Below the pieces are notes generated by a model. The model was not told the DNA's origin and searched no databases. It saw nothing but the letters and a program-made list of their open reading frames with translations. The position numbers and the translations under genes were made by a program. From Candidatus Bathyarchaeia archaeon (GTDB lineage: Archaea; Thermoproteota; Bathyarchaeia; Bathyarchaeales; Bathycorpusculaceae): a stretch of DNA of 45,127 nt. The DNA is taken from the NCBI GenBank assembly GCA_049512075.1, contig JBEKXL010000019.1, positions 1-45,127 of the forward strand, read 5' to 3'. Of the stretch, positions 9,114 to 18,563 are shown piece after piece; within the stretch, counting starts at the first letter, position 1, and each line of letters opens with the position of its first letter.

Positions 9114-9774
9114 TTTAACTTCCTCCAATGTATTTCGATATTCATGGTTTTCTGATGATGATAGATAAATAACTTTCCATTAATCGGTTTTGGCGTAAAA
9201 CTTGAGTTAGGCTTGTTTTGTTGAATAGTGTTATGTTTGGTGATGAAGCTGCGAAAGAGAAGTGCCTACAGGACTTTTTGTGAACGTTTTAGGCAGTTTG
9301 GGTGGTGGCGCGCGCGCAAAACACGCCAGTCGGAGCCTTCCTCACGTTCTGGGGATGAACTGCTCAAGAAAAACCTTCCAAACCCCCTTTTTTGTATACT
9401 GCCCGAAAGTATTGTCGCTCTTTTTTCTTGATATTGTACCGCAGAAAATCAATCTGCAACATCCTTTCACACAGGGAGTTTGTCTCCAACCATGTCTCTG
9501 AGCAAGCTATAATAGACCTAGCGCGCACACCTAAGGATTTGACAAAACTAACTTTCTTCTGTTTTATGGTTCTCTATTCCATTTCTCTAATACTTAGTGA
9601 CTCAATGATATTGAAGTTTTGAGAATACCCAAACCAAAATACGTTTAAGTATTATTTGATCCCATCTCTATTATTGAAGCTTGTCGCGCACGCAACAGAT
9701 TGCGCAGAGCCTTTTCTCACGTTTTAACGCGCAGTATATATTGCAGGACAACAACTCCATTCGGGGGCTAGAGG

Positions 9775-10350
9775 ATGATTCTGGCGTTCATCATACCCTT
9801 AATTCTTTTCGCAATTCTTCTTTCTGTGAAAAAGAAACTCCTGAGAAGGCACTGGTACATGCTATTTTCGCTCGGTTTTGTTCTTACGTTTCTTGTTTCA
9901 TTCGTTTCTGTTTGGAGTGCTTGGAACCCGTACGAGCGGAGCGACTCTCTAAATGAGTATTGGGAGACGAAGTACTCAGGAGCATCGAGTCTATCGTACC
10001 CGCTTGAGCTGAGTGTCTATGTCGCTCCCCTGCCCGTCCGAAACTTCACCGCAATGCAAAACATATCCTTTGATGTTTCCGTTGCAAATCAAAAGGTGCT
10101 GGAAACAAATGGCACGTTAACCTTCGATATAGGAACCGCGCTAATAGGAAACCCTGCACCTCTAAGTTATCAATTGGAACCTCCTTTCTCCTCTGATGCA
10201 GTCTACTTTTTCGAGTTCCTGCTTTTCCTATTCACCCTGTTCAATATGATAGGGTTTGCACTGGGACTGATTCTGGCGTACGTTGTTTCAAGATACTTGC
10301 AACAAAGAAGCACCTTGCAGCAAACGACAGATCGCTCGATACCCCTCTAG
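9775..10350 (+). CDS. Hypothetical membrane protein (3 TM, extracellular loop with N-glycosylation sequons)
   Basis: Hydrophobic N- and C-terminal segments; NFT, NIS and NGT sequons. Confidence 0.7.
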   Translation: MILAFIIPLILFAILLSVKKKLLRRHWYMLFSLGFVLTFLVSFVSVWSAWNPYERSDSLNEYWETKYSGASSLSYPLELSVYVAPLPVRNFTAMQNISFDVSVANQKVLETNGTLTFDIGTALIGNPAPLSYQLEPPFSSDAVYFFEFLLFLFTLFNMIGFALGLILAYVVSRYLQQRSTLQQTTDRSIPL

Positions 10351-10393
10351 CACGCGAAGGTGCCGTCTCAAAGATAGAATCGGTCGCTATAAA

Positions 10394-10473
10394 GCGCGCT
10401 GGCTTGTCCCGGAATTGGTTTAAAGTGGTTATTATCCTTATTTTCGGATTTGGGGGCAGTTTTGAGGTCTGCA
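10394..10473 (+). repeat. 80-bp GCGCGC-anchored dispersed repeat, copy B
   Basis: 71/80 identical to the reverse complement of 226-305; intergenic, upstream of lhr. Confidence 0.9.
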
Positions 10474-10611
10474 GTGCCAGCGGACTTGGTTCCAAGTTCC
10501 ACCGACTTCCTTCGCCCTGTCATTGTCCATGCTTCAGAGATGGTTTCCAAAACGCTTTTACCTAGGGTTTCAAGCTTATTCCAACTGGTTTCAAGGTAGG
10601 TTAGGCGAATA

Positions 10612-13491
10612 TTGAACGATAGTCCGGCAAATGCTTTTGAGCTGCTTGTAAAGCCTGTGCGAAAGCTCATTAACCAGAAGGGATTTCCAAGGCCGACCGA
10701 GCCTCAAGAAAAGACTATCCCCCTGATTCTTGAAGGAAAGAATGTTCTCCTGATTTCGCCTACGGCTACTGGCAAGACTGAAGCTGCGTTCTTGCCGGTC
10801 TTGAGCACACTTCTTCAGGGGCAGCAAGGAGTCCCTGGAATTAAGGTCTTGTACATCACTCCACTGCGGGCCTTGAACAGGGACATGCTTGAGCGTCTCG
10901 AGTGGTGGTGTAACAATCTGGACATAAAGTTGGCTGTCAGACATGGAGACACTGAAACCAAAGAGAGAGTGCGTCAGTCCAGAAGCCCGCCGGACATTCT
11001 AATAACGACTCCCGAGACTTTGCAGGCAATTCTGTCCGGCTGGATCATGCGCCAGCATCTCCAGAAAGTGCAGTGGGTCATACTTGATGAAGTGCATGAA
11101 ATGGCGGACAGTAAGCGCGGAAGCCAGCTAGCCCTAGCCTTGGAACGGCTCAGGGCTATGATCGGCAGAGACTTCCAGCTGATAGGCTTGTCCGCAACGA
11201 TTGGCAGCCCAGAGAGAGTTGGCCAGTTTCTCGTCGGCAAAGGAAGAAGCGTCGAAATCGTGCGGGTTCCAGTTGCAAGAATGATGCATTTGAAAATCAT
11301 TTTTCCAACGCCTGACGATGAAGACGTGCGATTGTCAACGCAGCTCTACACGCACCCCGAAGTCGCAGCTCGATTACGAATCATCCGAGATTACATCGAA
11401 GAACACAAGTCCGTTCTGCTTTTTACAAACACGCGTGCCGTGTCTGAAGTCTTGGCCAGCAGGTTCAAAGTTTGGGACATCGACTTTCCAGTGTCCATTC
11501 ATCACGGCTCGCTCGCCAAGCCATCCCGCATCGCAGCCGAAAAAGGGTTGAAGAGCGGCGAGTTGAGGGGGCTTGTCTGCACGAGTTCGCTTGAACTGGG
11601 CATCGACGTCGGTAGCATAGACCTCGTCATTCAATACATGAGCCCAAGACAGGCAACGAGGCTTATCCAACGTGTGGGAAGAAGCGGCCATAGCATCGGC
11701 CGAGTGGCCGAAGGAATCATAGTGGCGTTAGACTCGGACGATGCGCTCGAGGCCTTAGCCATAGCCAAGAAAGCGCTGAAAGAAGACTTGGAGCCGGTGC
11801 AGATTCCGCCAAAGCCCTATGACGTTCTTGCACATCAGATTGCAGGCCTGCTGCTCAAGAACAGACGGCTAGGTTTCGACGAGATTCTAGAGCTCTTCAA
11901 GAACGCGTATCCCTATGAAGACTTGACGGTTGAAGATGTTGAGAAAGTTCTCAGGTACATGCATCAGCGTTTCCCACGTTTGGCCTGGGTCTCGTTCGAG
12001 GATAAGATGGTTTTGAAGCCGCGGCAGGCCAAAGCGCTGTTTGAGTATTATTTTGACAATCTGTCCATGATTCCTGTAGAGAAACAATTTCTCGTAGTGG
12101 ATGAGACGAGCGACTCTTCAGTCGGAGTCTTGGATGAGGCGTTCATGGCAGAGTTCGGCAAGCCGGGCACGAAGTTCATCATCAGAGGAAGCCCATGGAT
12201 AATTCAACACGTTTCCGAGGAGAGAGTGCACGTCAGACCCATAGACGATCCAACAGGAGCCATACCCAGCTGGATAGGCGAAGAAATTCCTGTGCCCTTT
12301 GAAGTCTCGCAGGAAGTAGGCGCCATGAGAGGATTCGTGGAAGAACAGTTAGGAAAGAAAAGGTCGATCGAGAGCATTGCAACCGAGTTAAGTGAACAGT
12401 ATCCTGCTGACCAAGACGTTATTCTGCGCGCATTAACAGAAACGGTTGAACACGTAAATGCTGGTTATTCCGTCCCTACGGATAAGCGAATAACCGTCGA
12501 AGACTGGGGCGAGTTCGTTCTGATTCACATCAACTTCGGTTCGCTTACGAACAGAGCCTTGGCTCAGTTGTTGGGCCAGTTGCTCTCTGAAAAAATCGGC
12601 TACACGGCTGTGGTTCAGCATGATCCGTACCGAATCTTCGTGCAGACGATGGGTACAGTTAACGCAGATCACATTGTCAAATTGTTTAGCGAAATGCAAG
12701 CCTTGTCTGAACGGGCTGTTAGAGACGGTTTGACAGCGGCCACTGTGAAAACTGGGCTTTTCAAGAGGCGAATTATACACGTGGCGCGTCGCTTTGGAGC
12801 GTTGCAGAAGTGGGCTGACTTCGGCAGTGTGAGCCTTCAGAAGTTGGCGAAGAGTTTTGAGGAAACGCCCATTCACGAGGAAGCCTTGAAGGAGGTGTTC
12901 ACCAAGGACTTGGACCTGGACAAGCTCATCAGCGTTCTTGCAGAAATGCGGAAGGGCGAAATCACGGTTCGAAAAATTGAAACTGGCGGAAACGCATCGC
13001 CAATTGCTCGTGCAGGAATTGAGCGCATGAGCATGAAAACCGATTTAATTCCTCCCGAGAGAATGCGGGCCGTGCTCATAGAGTCCGCAAAGGCAAGGTT
13101 GCTCAACGAGACAAACAGTTTTCTGTGCACGAACTGTTGGAGCTACATGGAGATGATGAGGGTCAAGGATTTGCCTGACAGGCCGAAATGTCCAAAGTGC
13201 GGTTCGTTCGCGATTGGGCTTCTCAGGGTTGAAGAGGAGAAGGCGCTGTCCATGGTTGAAAAGGGAAACGAAAAGCTGAGCAAGAGCGAAGAAAAACTGC
13301 ACAATCAAGCCCTGCAAACAGCCCAACTAATAGAGAAATATGGGAAAGCCGCCGCGGTCGCCTTTTGTGCCAGAAGAATGCAGCCCTCAGACGTTAAAGC
13401 CATTCTAGAAAAGGAATCTAGGCTCAATGACAGATTCTATGAACTCGTCCTTGAAGCGGAACGCAAAGCCATGAGTAAGAGGTTCTGGTAA
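10612..13491 (+). CDS. lhr: Lhr-like SF2 DEVH-box helicase with C-terminal zinc ribbon
   Basis: PTATGKT, TPLRAL, DEVH, LSAT, HHGS, TSSLELGIDVG, QRVGRSGH, IPSW.GE; CTNC and CPKC near the C-terminus. Confidence 0.93.
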   Translation: MNDSPANAFELLVKPVRKLINQKGFPRPTEPQEKTIPLILEGKNVLLISPTATGKTEAAFLPVLSTLLQGQQGVPGIKVLYITPLRALNRDMLERLEWWCNNLDIKLAVRHGDTETKERVRQSRSPPDILITTPETLQAILSGWIMRQHLQKVQWVILDEVHEMADSKRGSQLALALERLRAMIGRDFQLIGLSATIGSPERVGQFLVGKGRSVEIVRVPVARMMHLKIIFPTPDDEDVRLSTQLYTHPEVAARLRIIRDYIEEHKSVLLFTNTRAVSEVLASRFKVWDIDFPVSIHHGSLAKPSRIAAEKGLKSGELRGLVCTSSLELGIDVGSIDLVIQYMSPRQATRLIQRVGRSGHSIGRVAEGIIVALDSDDALEALAIAKKALKEDLEPVQIPPKPYDVLAHQIAGLLLKNRRLGFDEILELFKNAYPYEDLTVEDVEKVLRYMHQRFPRLAWVSFEDKMVLKPRQAKALFEYYFDNLSMIPVEKQFLVVDETSDSSVGVLDEAFMAEFGKPGTKFIIRGSPWIIQHVSEERVHVRPIDDPTGAIPSWIGEEIPVPFEVSQEVGAMRGFVEEQLGKKRSIESIATELSEQYPADQDVILRALTETVEHVNAGYSVPTDKRITVEDWGEFVLIHINFGSLTNRALAQLLGQLLSEKIGYTAVVQHDPYRIFVQTMGTVNADHIVKLFSEMQALSERAVRDGLTAATVKTGLFKRRIIHVARRFGALQKWADFGSVSLQKLAKSFEETPIHEEALKEVFTKDLDLDKLISVLAEMRKGEITVRKIETGGNASPIARAGIERMSMKTDLIPPERMRAVLIESAKARLLNETNSFLCTNCWSYMEMMRVKDLPDRPKCPKCGSFAIGLLRVEEEKALSMVEKGNEKLSKSEEKLHNQALQTAQLIEKYGKAAAVAFCARRMQPSDVKAILEKESRLNDRFYELVLEAERKAMSKRFW

Positions 13492-13708
13492 ACCGGCATG
13501 CTGCCGTTCCAAAGTGAAAGAACCCGGCTCTTCCCATTTTGAAATGATATAGAAACCATATCTCACCGCTTAGCTAGCGCTCCGGCACTGCAATTTGCTC
13601 AGCGTAGCAATCTTCTGCGAATGAGTGTGACTTACAACAAGTTTTAAATGAATCCCTACCTATCTCTGCCTAGACACCCTGCTGCTTACCACGTGAGGAA
13701 AAAACACT

Positions 13709-14035
13709 TTGGAAATAAGCCGGAAGAAGCTTCGAGAAGAAGTTCTTGAAAGAATCAAGTACGTTAAAACATGTGTTTTAGCGAGAGAAGCGTGTTTGCT
13801 GGTTCGCACCAACCGCGCTGTGCTCGAGCCGAAGGATGTTCAGGAAATCTGCCTTTCGATATCAAAGCTCTGCAAGGAAGAAGGCTGTCAGGAACCAAGC
13901 GAAATATGCCGCAAGGCTGCTGAGGCCGCGGGTTCAGGAGAAGAAGAAAAATACCTTGAACTATGCGCTCAAAGCTGCATGAAATGCGGAGAAGCCCGTC
14001 AGCCCCCGCCGAAGAAAGCCACGTACGTCTCTTGA
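13709..14035 (+). CDS. Cysteine-rich helical hypothetical protein
   Basis: 108 aa, 9 Cys including CAQSCMKC; GTGAGG RBS. Confidence 0.75.
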   Translation: MEISRKKLREEVLERIKYVKTCVLAREACLLVRTNRAVLEPKDVQEICLSISKLCKEEGCQEPSEICRKAAEAAGSGEEEKYLELCAQSCMKCGEARQPPPKKATYVS

Positions 14036-14117
14036 ACCATCGAAAGTGTTTAAAGCAACAAAACCGTTGGTTAAACCAGAAAATACAAGAAAGCCACACA
14101 GTAACGGAGGTCTCACG

Positions 14118-14594
14118 GTGTTCATAGCGCCCTTTGTTCCAAGTCCACCACAAGTTGTTCGTCAAATGTTGGTGCTGGCCGAGTTGAAGCCCGGCGAAGT
14201 TATCTTCGACTTGGGAGCAGGTGACGGTAGAACTGTGATAATGGCGGCAAAGGATTTTAGTGCAAGAGCAGTCGGCGTGGAACTGCGAGAGGACCTGGTT
14301 AAGAAGGCCTTGGGCACCGTTTATGAGCAGAATCTGCAGGACAGGATAACTATGGTCAACGGAGACATGTTCAACGTTGACCTAACATCAGCAGACGTCA
14401 TCTTCCTTTACTTAACCACAAGCGCAAACGAGAAGATCAAGGGGAAGCTTGAAAGTGAGCTCAAACGCGGTGTGCGCATCGTTTCTCACGATTACGAGAT
14501 CGTTGGCTGGAAACCCGTCAAGGTTGTGAATTATTGTGAAAATCAAACCTTGGGGTTCCCTTCCCACACGATTTACCTCTACATGAGACCCTAG
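14118..14594 (+). CDS. Protein-lysine methyltransferase, aKMT/FAM173-like
   Basis: PFVPSP..VVRQML, DLGAGDGR, AVGVE, LYL...NEK...LESELK.G.RIVSHDY.I.GWKP, HTIYLY, closely following recalled Sulfolobus aKMT; GGAGG before the GTG at 14118. Confidence 0.85.
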   Translation: MFIAPFVPSPPQVVRQMLVLAELKPGEVIFDLGAGDGRTVIMAAKDFSARAVGVELREDLVKKALGTVYEQNLQDRITMVNGDMFNVDLTSADVIFLYLTTSANEKIKGKLESELKRGVRIVSHDYEIVGWKPVKVVNYCENQTLGFPSHTIYLYMRP

Positions 14595-14607
14595 TTGGTG
14601 AGACGCC

Positions 14608-15033
14608 ATGTCCCACAGTTCTTTCAAGACCACAGTGAGAGTAACGTGGGTGGACACCGACGCAGCAGGGGTCGTGCACTTTTCAAGATTCTTCGTGTAT
14701 TTTGAGAGGACAGAAGAGGAATTTTACCGATCTCTGAGGCTCAGCTTCACGGACTTTAGAAACAAGGGACTTTGGCTTCCAAGGGTAGAAGCTTTCTGCC
14801 AGTACAAGAAACCAGCAAGATTTGAAGATATGCTTGAAGTTGAGTTGACCCTTGAGCAATTAAGAGAAAAGTCTGTCAAGCTCGGCTTTACCGTCACAAA
14901 CAAAGAAACGGCGGAACTGCTGGCAACCGGTTACTTTGTGGTTGTGGCAGCTGACAAAAACACTGGAAAGGCCACGCAGATTCCAAAAGAATTCGTTGAC
15001 AAACTAAAACCCTTTGCCAAGCAGATTTTATAA
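14608..15033 (+). CDS. Acyl-CoA thioesterase (4HBT/YbgC hotdog fold)
   Basis: VRVTWVDTDAAGVVHF, YKKPARFED. Confidence 0.92.
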   Translation: MSHSSFKTTVRVTWVDTDAAGVVHFSRFFVYFERTEEEFYRSLRLSFTDFRNKGLWLPRVEAFCQYKKPARFEDMLEVELTLEQLREKSVKLGFTVTNKETAELLATGYFVVVAADKNTGKATQIPKEFVDKLKPFAKQIL

Positions 15034-15071
15034 GAGACGCGGATTCTTGATTCCAAACAGTGAAGGACACA

Positions 15072-15599
15072 ATGCAATATATTCCATGGAAGTACATCGC
15101 AGACTGGAAATGCATTTCATGCGGCGACTGTTGCAGACTCTACAGCGTCGTCATAGACTTCGGAGAATGGCTTGGAATCATCAAGAACTACGGAGTGGAG
15201 CACACAGCTTCCGACCTGAGCAAGCTGTTCATAAACCGAAGGAGCGACGGCTCGTGCGCGTTCCTTAACAATGGTTCAAACACTTGCCTTTGTGGACTGC
15301 AGCACATGAAGCCTAAGGCGTGTCAACTCTGGCCCTTCAAGGTTCTGCCAAGACCCCAATATGGATACCCAAGCGAGGCCCTCTACCTCTACCGTGAAAA
15401 ACCGTTATTCGTTTACGCAGATCCGATGTGTAGAGGTCTTAGAATGGGAAGGCCTACATTTGAATTTGCAAATTACACCGTGGGAGAATTTGTGGAAATT
15501 GCAACTGGAACTCGCAGAAACCAATTCAGAACTACAGGCGGAGTAAGATTTTCTCAGCCTTTCCTTAGTGTAAGGCATAGCGCTTTTGATCACTTTTGA
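15072..15599 (+). CDS. YkgJ family CxxCxxCC cysteine-cluster protein
   Basis: CISCGDCC, CAFL, KPKACQLWPF, CRG. Confidence 0.88.
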   Translation: MQYIPWKYIADWKCISCGDCCRLYSVVIDFGEWLGIIKNYGVEHTASDLSKLFINRRSDGSCAFLNNGSNTCLCGLQHMKPKACQLWPFKVLPRPQYGYPSEALYLYREKPLFVYADPMCRGLRMGRPTFEFANYTVGEFVEIATGTRRNQFRTTGGVRFSQPFLSVRHSAFDHF

Positions 15600-15821
15600 A
15601 TTTATGTCAAGAGAATCCCCTTCACGACTTCCAAGCCTGACAATCAATGCTGGTAAGAAACCAATGGTGAGATTCCGATGGAAGATATTGAGCCCCTATT
15701 GTTCTGATGTAGCCTAACGCAATACGGGACGTCGACTAAGAAAGCGAGATCCACACTTGTTGGACAAATCAGGTTATAAGCACCGAGCCCAGATTCTTCG
15801 ATGGCACAGCTGGTTTGGAAG

Positions 15822-16598
15822 ATGGTCAAGCCGGAAATTGGTCTCTCCATGCTTTATTGTCTGGGGGAACCCTTCAGTAAGATGGCGGAGCAGATTCCTG
15901 AGGCCAAAACAACCTACGTAGAACTCGTTGATGACGGTTTGCACGCTTTGGACAAGAAGAAGGTTGCAGCACTGAATAGGATAAAACAGTGTTATGACAA
16001 GAAGTACACGGTGCACGCACCCTTTGTCGGCATAAACATAGCGCTACCACCAAGTCCCCTGCTTAACACCACGCTGAGGAGATTGAAGAACTCAATCGTC
16101 AACGCCGCTGCTCTAGATTGTGAGATGTGGGTTTTTCATCCTGGCTTAAGAACAGCTACCAGCATGTTTTATCCTGGCATGGACTGGGCCAGAAACTTGG
16201 AAAGCGTTCGACTGCTGTTCAGGTTTGCACGGGACCACGGTGTTGAGGCGTGTGTTGAAAACATTATGGAAGCGTTTGTTATGAAGAACGTGGACGAGTT
16301 CAGAAGATTTTACGATGAAATTGGCGAGGACATAGGGCTGGCTTTTGACACTGGACACGCTAACGTGGTCGGGGAACTGGAGGGTTTTCTAACAGGTTTT
16401 TCAGACAAGATAGTCCATGTGCACGCCCATGACAACCATGGAAAATCCGACGAGCACTTGGGCGTGGGCTACGGCAACATAGACTGGGACATAGTGGCGA
16501 AGCATTTGAAAAGAGCATCTTTCAGCAAAGCGGTGATTATCGAATCTGTTGAGCATATTGACGAGAGTATTCAGAGGCTAGAACGGCTACTCCTCTAG
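15822..16598 (+). CDS. Sugar phosphate isomerase/epimerase (xylose isomerase-like TIM barrel)
   Basis: VHAPF, FHPG, VEN, FDTGHA, HVHAHDN.G..DEH. Confidence 0.9.
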   Translation: MVKPEIGLSMLYCLGEPFSKMAEQIPEAKTTYVELVDDGLHALDKKKVAALNRIKQCYDKKYTVHAPFVGINIALPPSPLLNTTLRRLKNSIVNAAALDCEMWVFHPGLRTATSMFYPGMDWARNLESVRLLFRFARDHGVEACVENIMEAFVMKNVDEFRRFYDEIGEDIGLAFDTGHANVVGELEGFLTGFSDKIVHVHAHDNHGKSDEHLGVGYGNIDWDIVAKHLKRASFSKAVIIESVEHIDESIQRLERLLL

Positions 16599-17510
16599 CA
16601 ATGGGATATCCAGCTTCATGAAGTCTTCTGCGACGAGTGTATTCTTGAAAATTCTCTTTGCTTGCTTCAGCACCTTGCTTGTGTCCTCGTATCTCTGGCT
16701 GATGTGTGTTAGAACGAGTTTCTTGACCTTTGCTTTCTTTGCGGTTCTTGCGGCTTGACTTGGGGTCGAATGGCAATATTCCTTTGCTCTTTCAGCCAGC
16801 TCTTCACCCAGGGTGCTGTCGTGTATCAACAGGTCCGCGCCTGACGCGAACTTTTCGAGGAGCTTGAATGGACGAGTGTCACCCGTGTAGACTATTTTTC
16901 TGCCCTTTCTTGGTGTATCCATAACTTCCTCTGGTTTCACAACGCGCTGGTTTGGGAGTCTAACGTCCTGTCCGCGTTGAAGCTTTCCCCACAGAGGGCC
17001 TTCTTGGACTCCTAGAGCCTCGGCTTTCTCGGGGTGGAATTTTCCGGGTCTAGGTTTTTCTTTGTAGGCGTACGCAAAGCTTGGAATCACGTGTCTCGAC
17101 TGAATCGCTTCTACACAATACTCTTCTCCGTCGCAAACGACACCTGCTTTTTCAATCTCGTGAATTTCAACGGGAAATGTTAGGGCGAACGGCACTGTCT
17201 CTCTTATCGCCTCCAAGAAATCATTAATTCTGGGTGGCCCGTAGACGTCGAGCTTTCTCTCCCTGTTAAGCAGGGCCATGGTCTGCAACAATCCCGGAAG
17301 CCCCAGAACGTGGTCTCCATGCATGTGGGTTATGAAAATCTTCATTTTCCTATTCAGACTACCCCTGGCCAAAAGCATCTGCCTTTGGACGCCTTCACCG
17401 CAGTCAAACATGAGTTGTTCACCCTCGCGTTGGATTAGTATTGCGGGCAAGCTTCTCTTGGGCGTTGGCACGCCTGCGGCAGTACCCAGAAAAACTATGT
17501 GCAAACTCAA
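16587..17510 (-). CDS. rnz: Ribonuclease Z
   Basis: FLGT..GVP...R, FDCGEG.Q, THMHGDH, exosite GP motif, YTGDT, HST, LTHISQRY. Confidence 0.96.
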   Translation of the reverse strand: MSLHIVFLGTAAGVPTPKRSLPAILIQREGEQLMFDCGEGVQRQMLLARGSLNRKMKIFITHMHGDHVLGLPGLLQTMALLNRERKLDVYGPPRINDFLEAIRETVPFALTFPVEIHEIEKAGVVCDGEEYCVEAIQSRHVIPSFAYAYKEKPRPGKFHPEKAEALGVQEGPLWGKLQRGQDVRLPNQRVVKPEEVMDTPRKGRKIVYTGDTRPFKLLEKFASGADLLIHDSTLGEELAERAKEYCHSTPSQAARTAKKAKVKKLVLTHISQRYEDTSKVLKQAKRIFKNTLVAEDFMKLDIPLLEE

Positions 17511-17513
17511 GGG

Positions 17514-18551
17514 TTACACCTTTTCGAACACGACGATTTCCCTAGTTAGGCTCCGGTGGACATAGACAAAATGGGACTCTAGATGTTTATAGCCCAAGCT
17601 TGTGCCCACGTGCACGATGCCCAGTTTCTTGGGAGCGGCCATACAAATTCTCCTTCCATTACTCAGTACTTCATGTACAGCTGTCAGCACTTCTTCGATA
17701 ATCTGTTTTGTGGTACGCTTCATAGTGCTCGAAGAAATGCCGTACGGGGGGTCAGTTACAACGCAGTCAACCTTGATCAGCGGTGGGTATTTTGCGTCGG
17801 CAATGATGATGCCTTCTGGTCTGACGTTGAAGTGAGCCATGTTCCTGATGGTTCCTTTAGCCATTCGACGCTGAATATCTATGCCTAGCGCTTTGCAGCC
17901 AATGAGTTTGGCTTCAATGAGCATGGTTCCTGTTCCGCAGAACGGGTCGAGAACCACATCTCCTATCTTGGGCTCTGCCAGGTTTATCATGCACCTTGCG
18001 AGTTTCGCCTGCATTGCGGACGGGTGGAAGAAGGGTTTTTTCCTTGGACGCCTCTCCATGAAGGGTTTGGCTTGAATCTCCGCAAGCTTGACTCCGAAAA
18101 CGAACCTGTCTTCAGTGAGTACCCCTATGAATGTCTTGTCAGGCGTCTTCAGTTTTACTTTTGCCGTGGGGCACTTGTCGACTATCAAGGCGCCGAGCGT
18201 TCTTTCGAGGGTCATGCCGTTGATTTCGGACGAGTATTCTCTGATGTGTTTCACGCGTACGACGAAGCTCTCGCCCCGTTTCAGCACCTCTTCGAGTCTA
18301 GCGTTTTGTACGGCTTTGATTATGCTGCTTGTTTCTGAACTGCTGGTAAAGAGTTCAAGTGCGCAGAGTCTCGTGAATGCTGCTCTGCGTTTAAGGTCTT
18401 TCACGCATGTGGGGTCTGCTTCCAGTCTTAGAACCTGGTCGAGTTTTTCTGTGACCTGGTAGGAATGATCTTCAGCTTCGAGTATTGCTCTTACTTCGGA
18501 GACGGGCAAGTCTTCATGCTCACCCGAAAGGAAAAGGAAGAGTTTGGCCAC
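17514..18551 (-). CDS. trm11: tRNA m2G10 methyltransferase (THUMP + MTase)
   Basis: LSGEH, THUMP region, PFFHP, DPFCGTG, TDPPYG, VHRSLTR. Confidence 0.9.
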   Translation of the reverse strand: MAKLFLFLSGEHEDLPVSEVRAILEAEDHSYQVTEKLDQVLRLEADPTCVKDLKRRAAFTRLCALELFTSSSETSSIIKAVQNARLEEVLKRGESFVVRVKHIREYSSEINGMTLERTLGALIVDKCPTAKVKLKTPDKTFIGVLTEDRFVFGVKLAEIQAKPFMERRPRKKPFFHPSAMQAKLARCMINLAEPKIGDVVLDPFCGTGTMLIEAKLIGCKALGIDIQRRMAKGTIRNMAHFNVRPEGIIIADAKYPPLIKVDCVVTDPPYGISSSTMKRTTKQIIEEVLTAVHEVLSNGRRICMAAPKKLGIVHVGTSLGYKHLESHFVYVHRSLTREIVVFEKV

Positions 18552-18563
18552 GTTTGTGCTCCT

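Noticed and set aside
9228-9622. Short overlapping ORFs between the Cren7-like gene and the membrane protein gene
   Set aside because: No coherent protein signal; they cross GC-tract junctions and are probably scrambled intergenic DNA.
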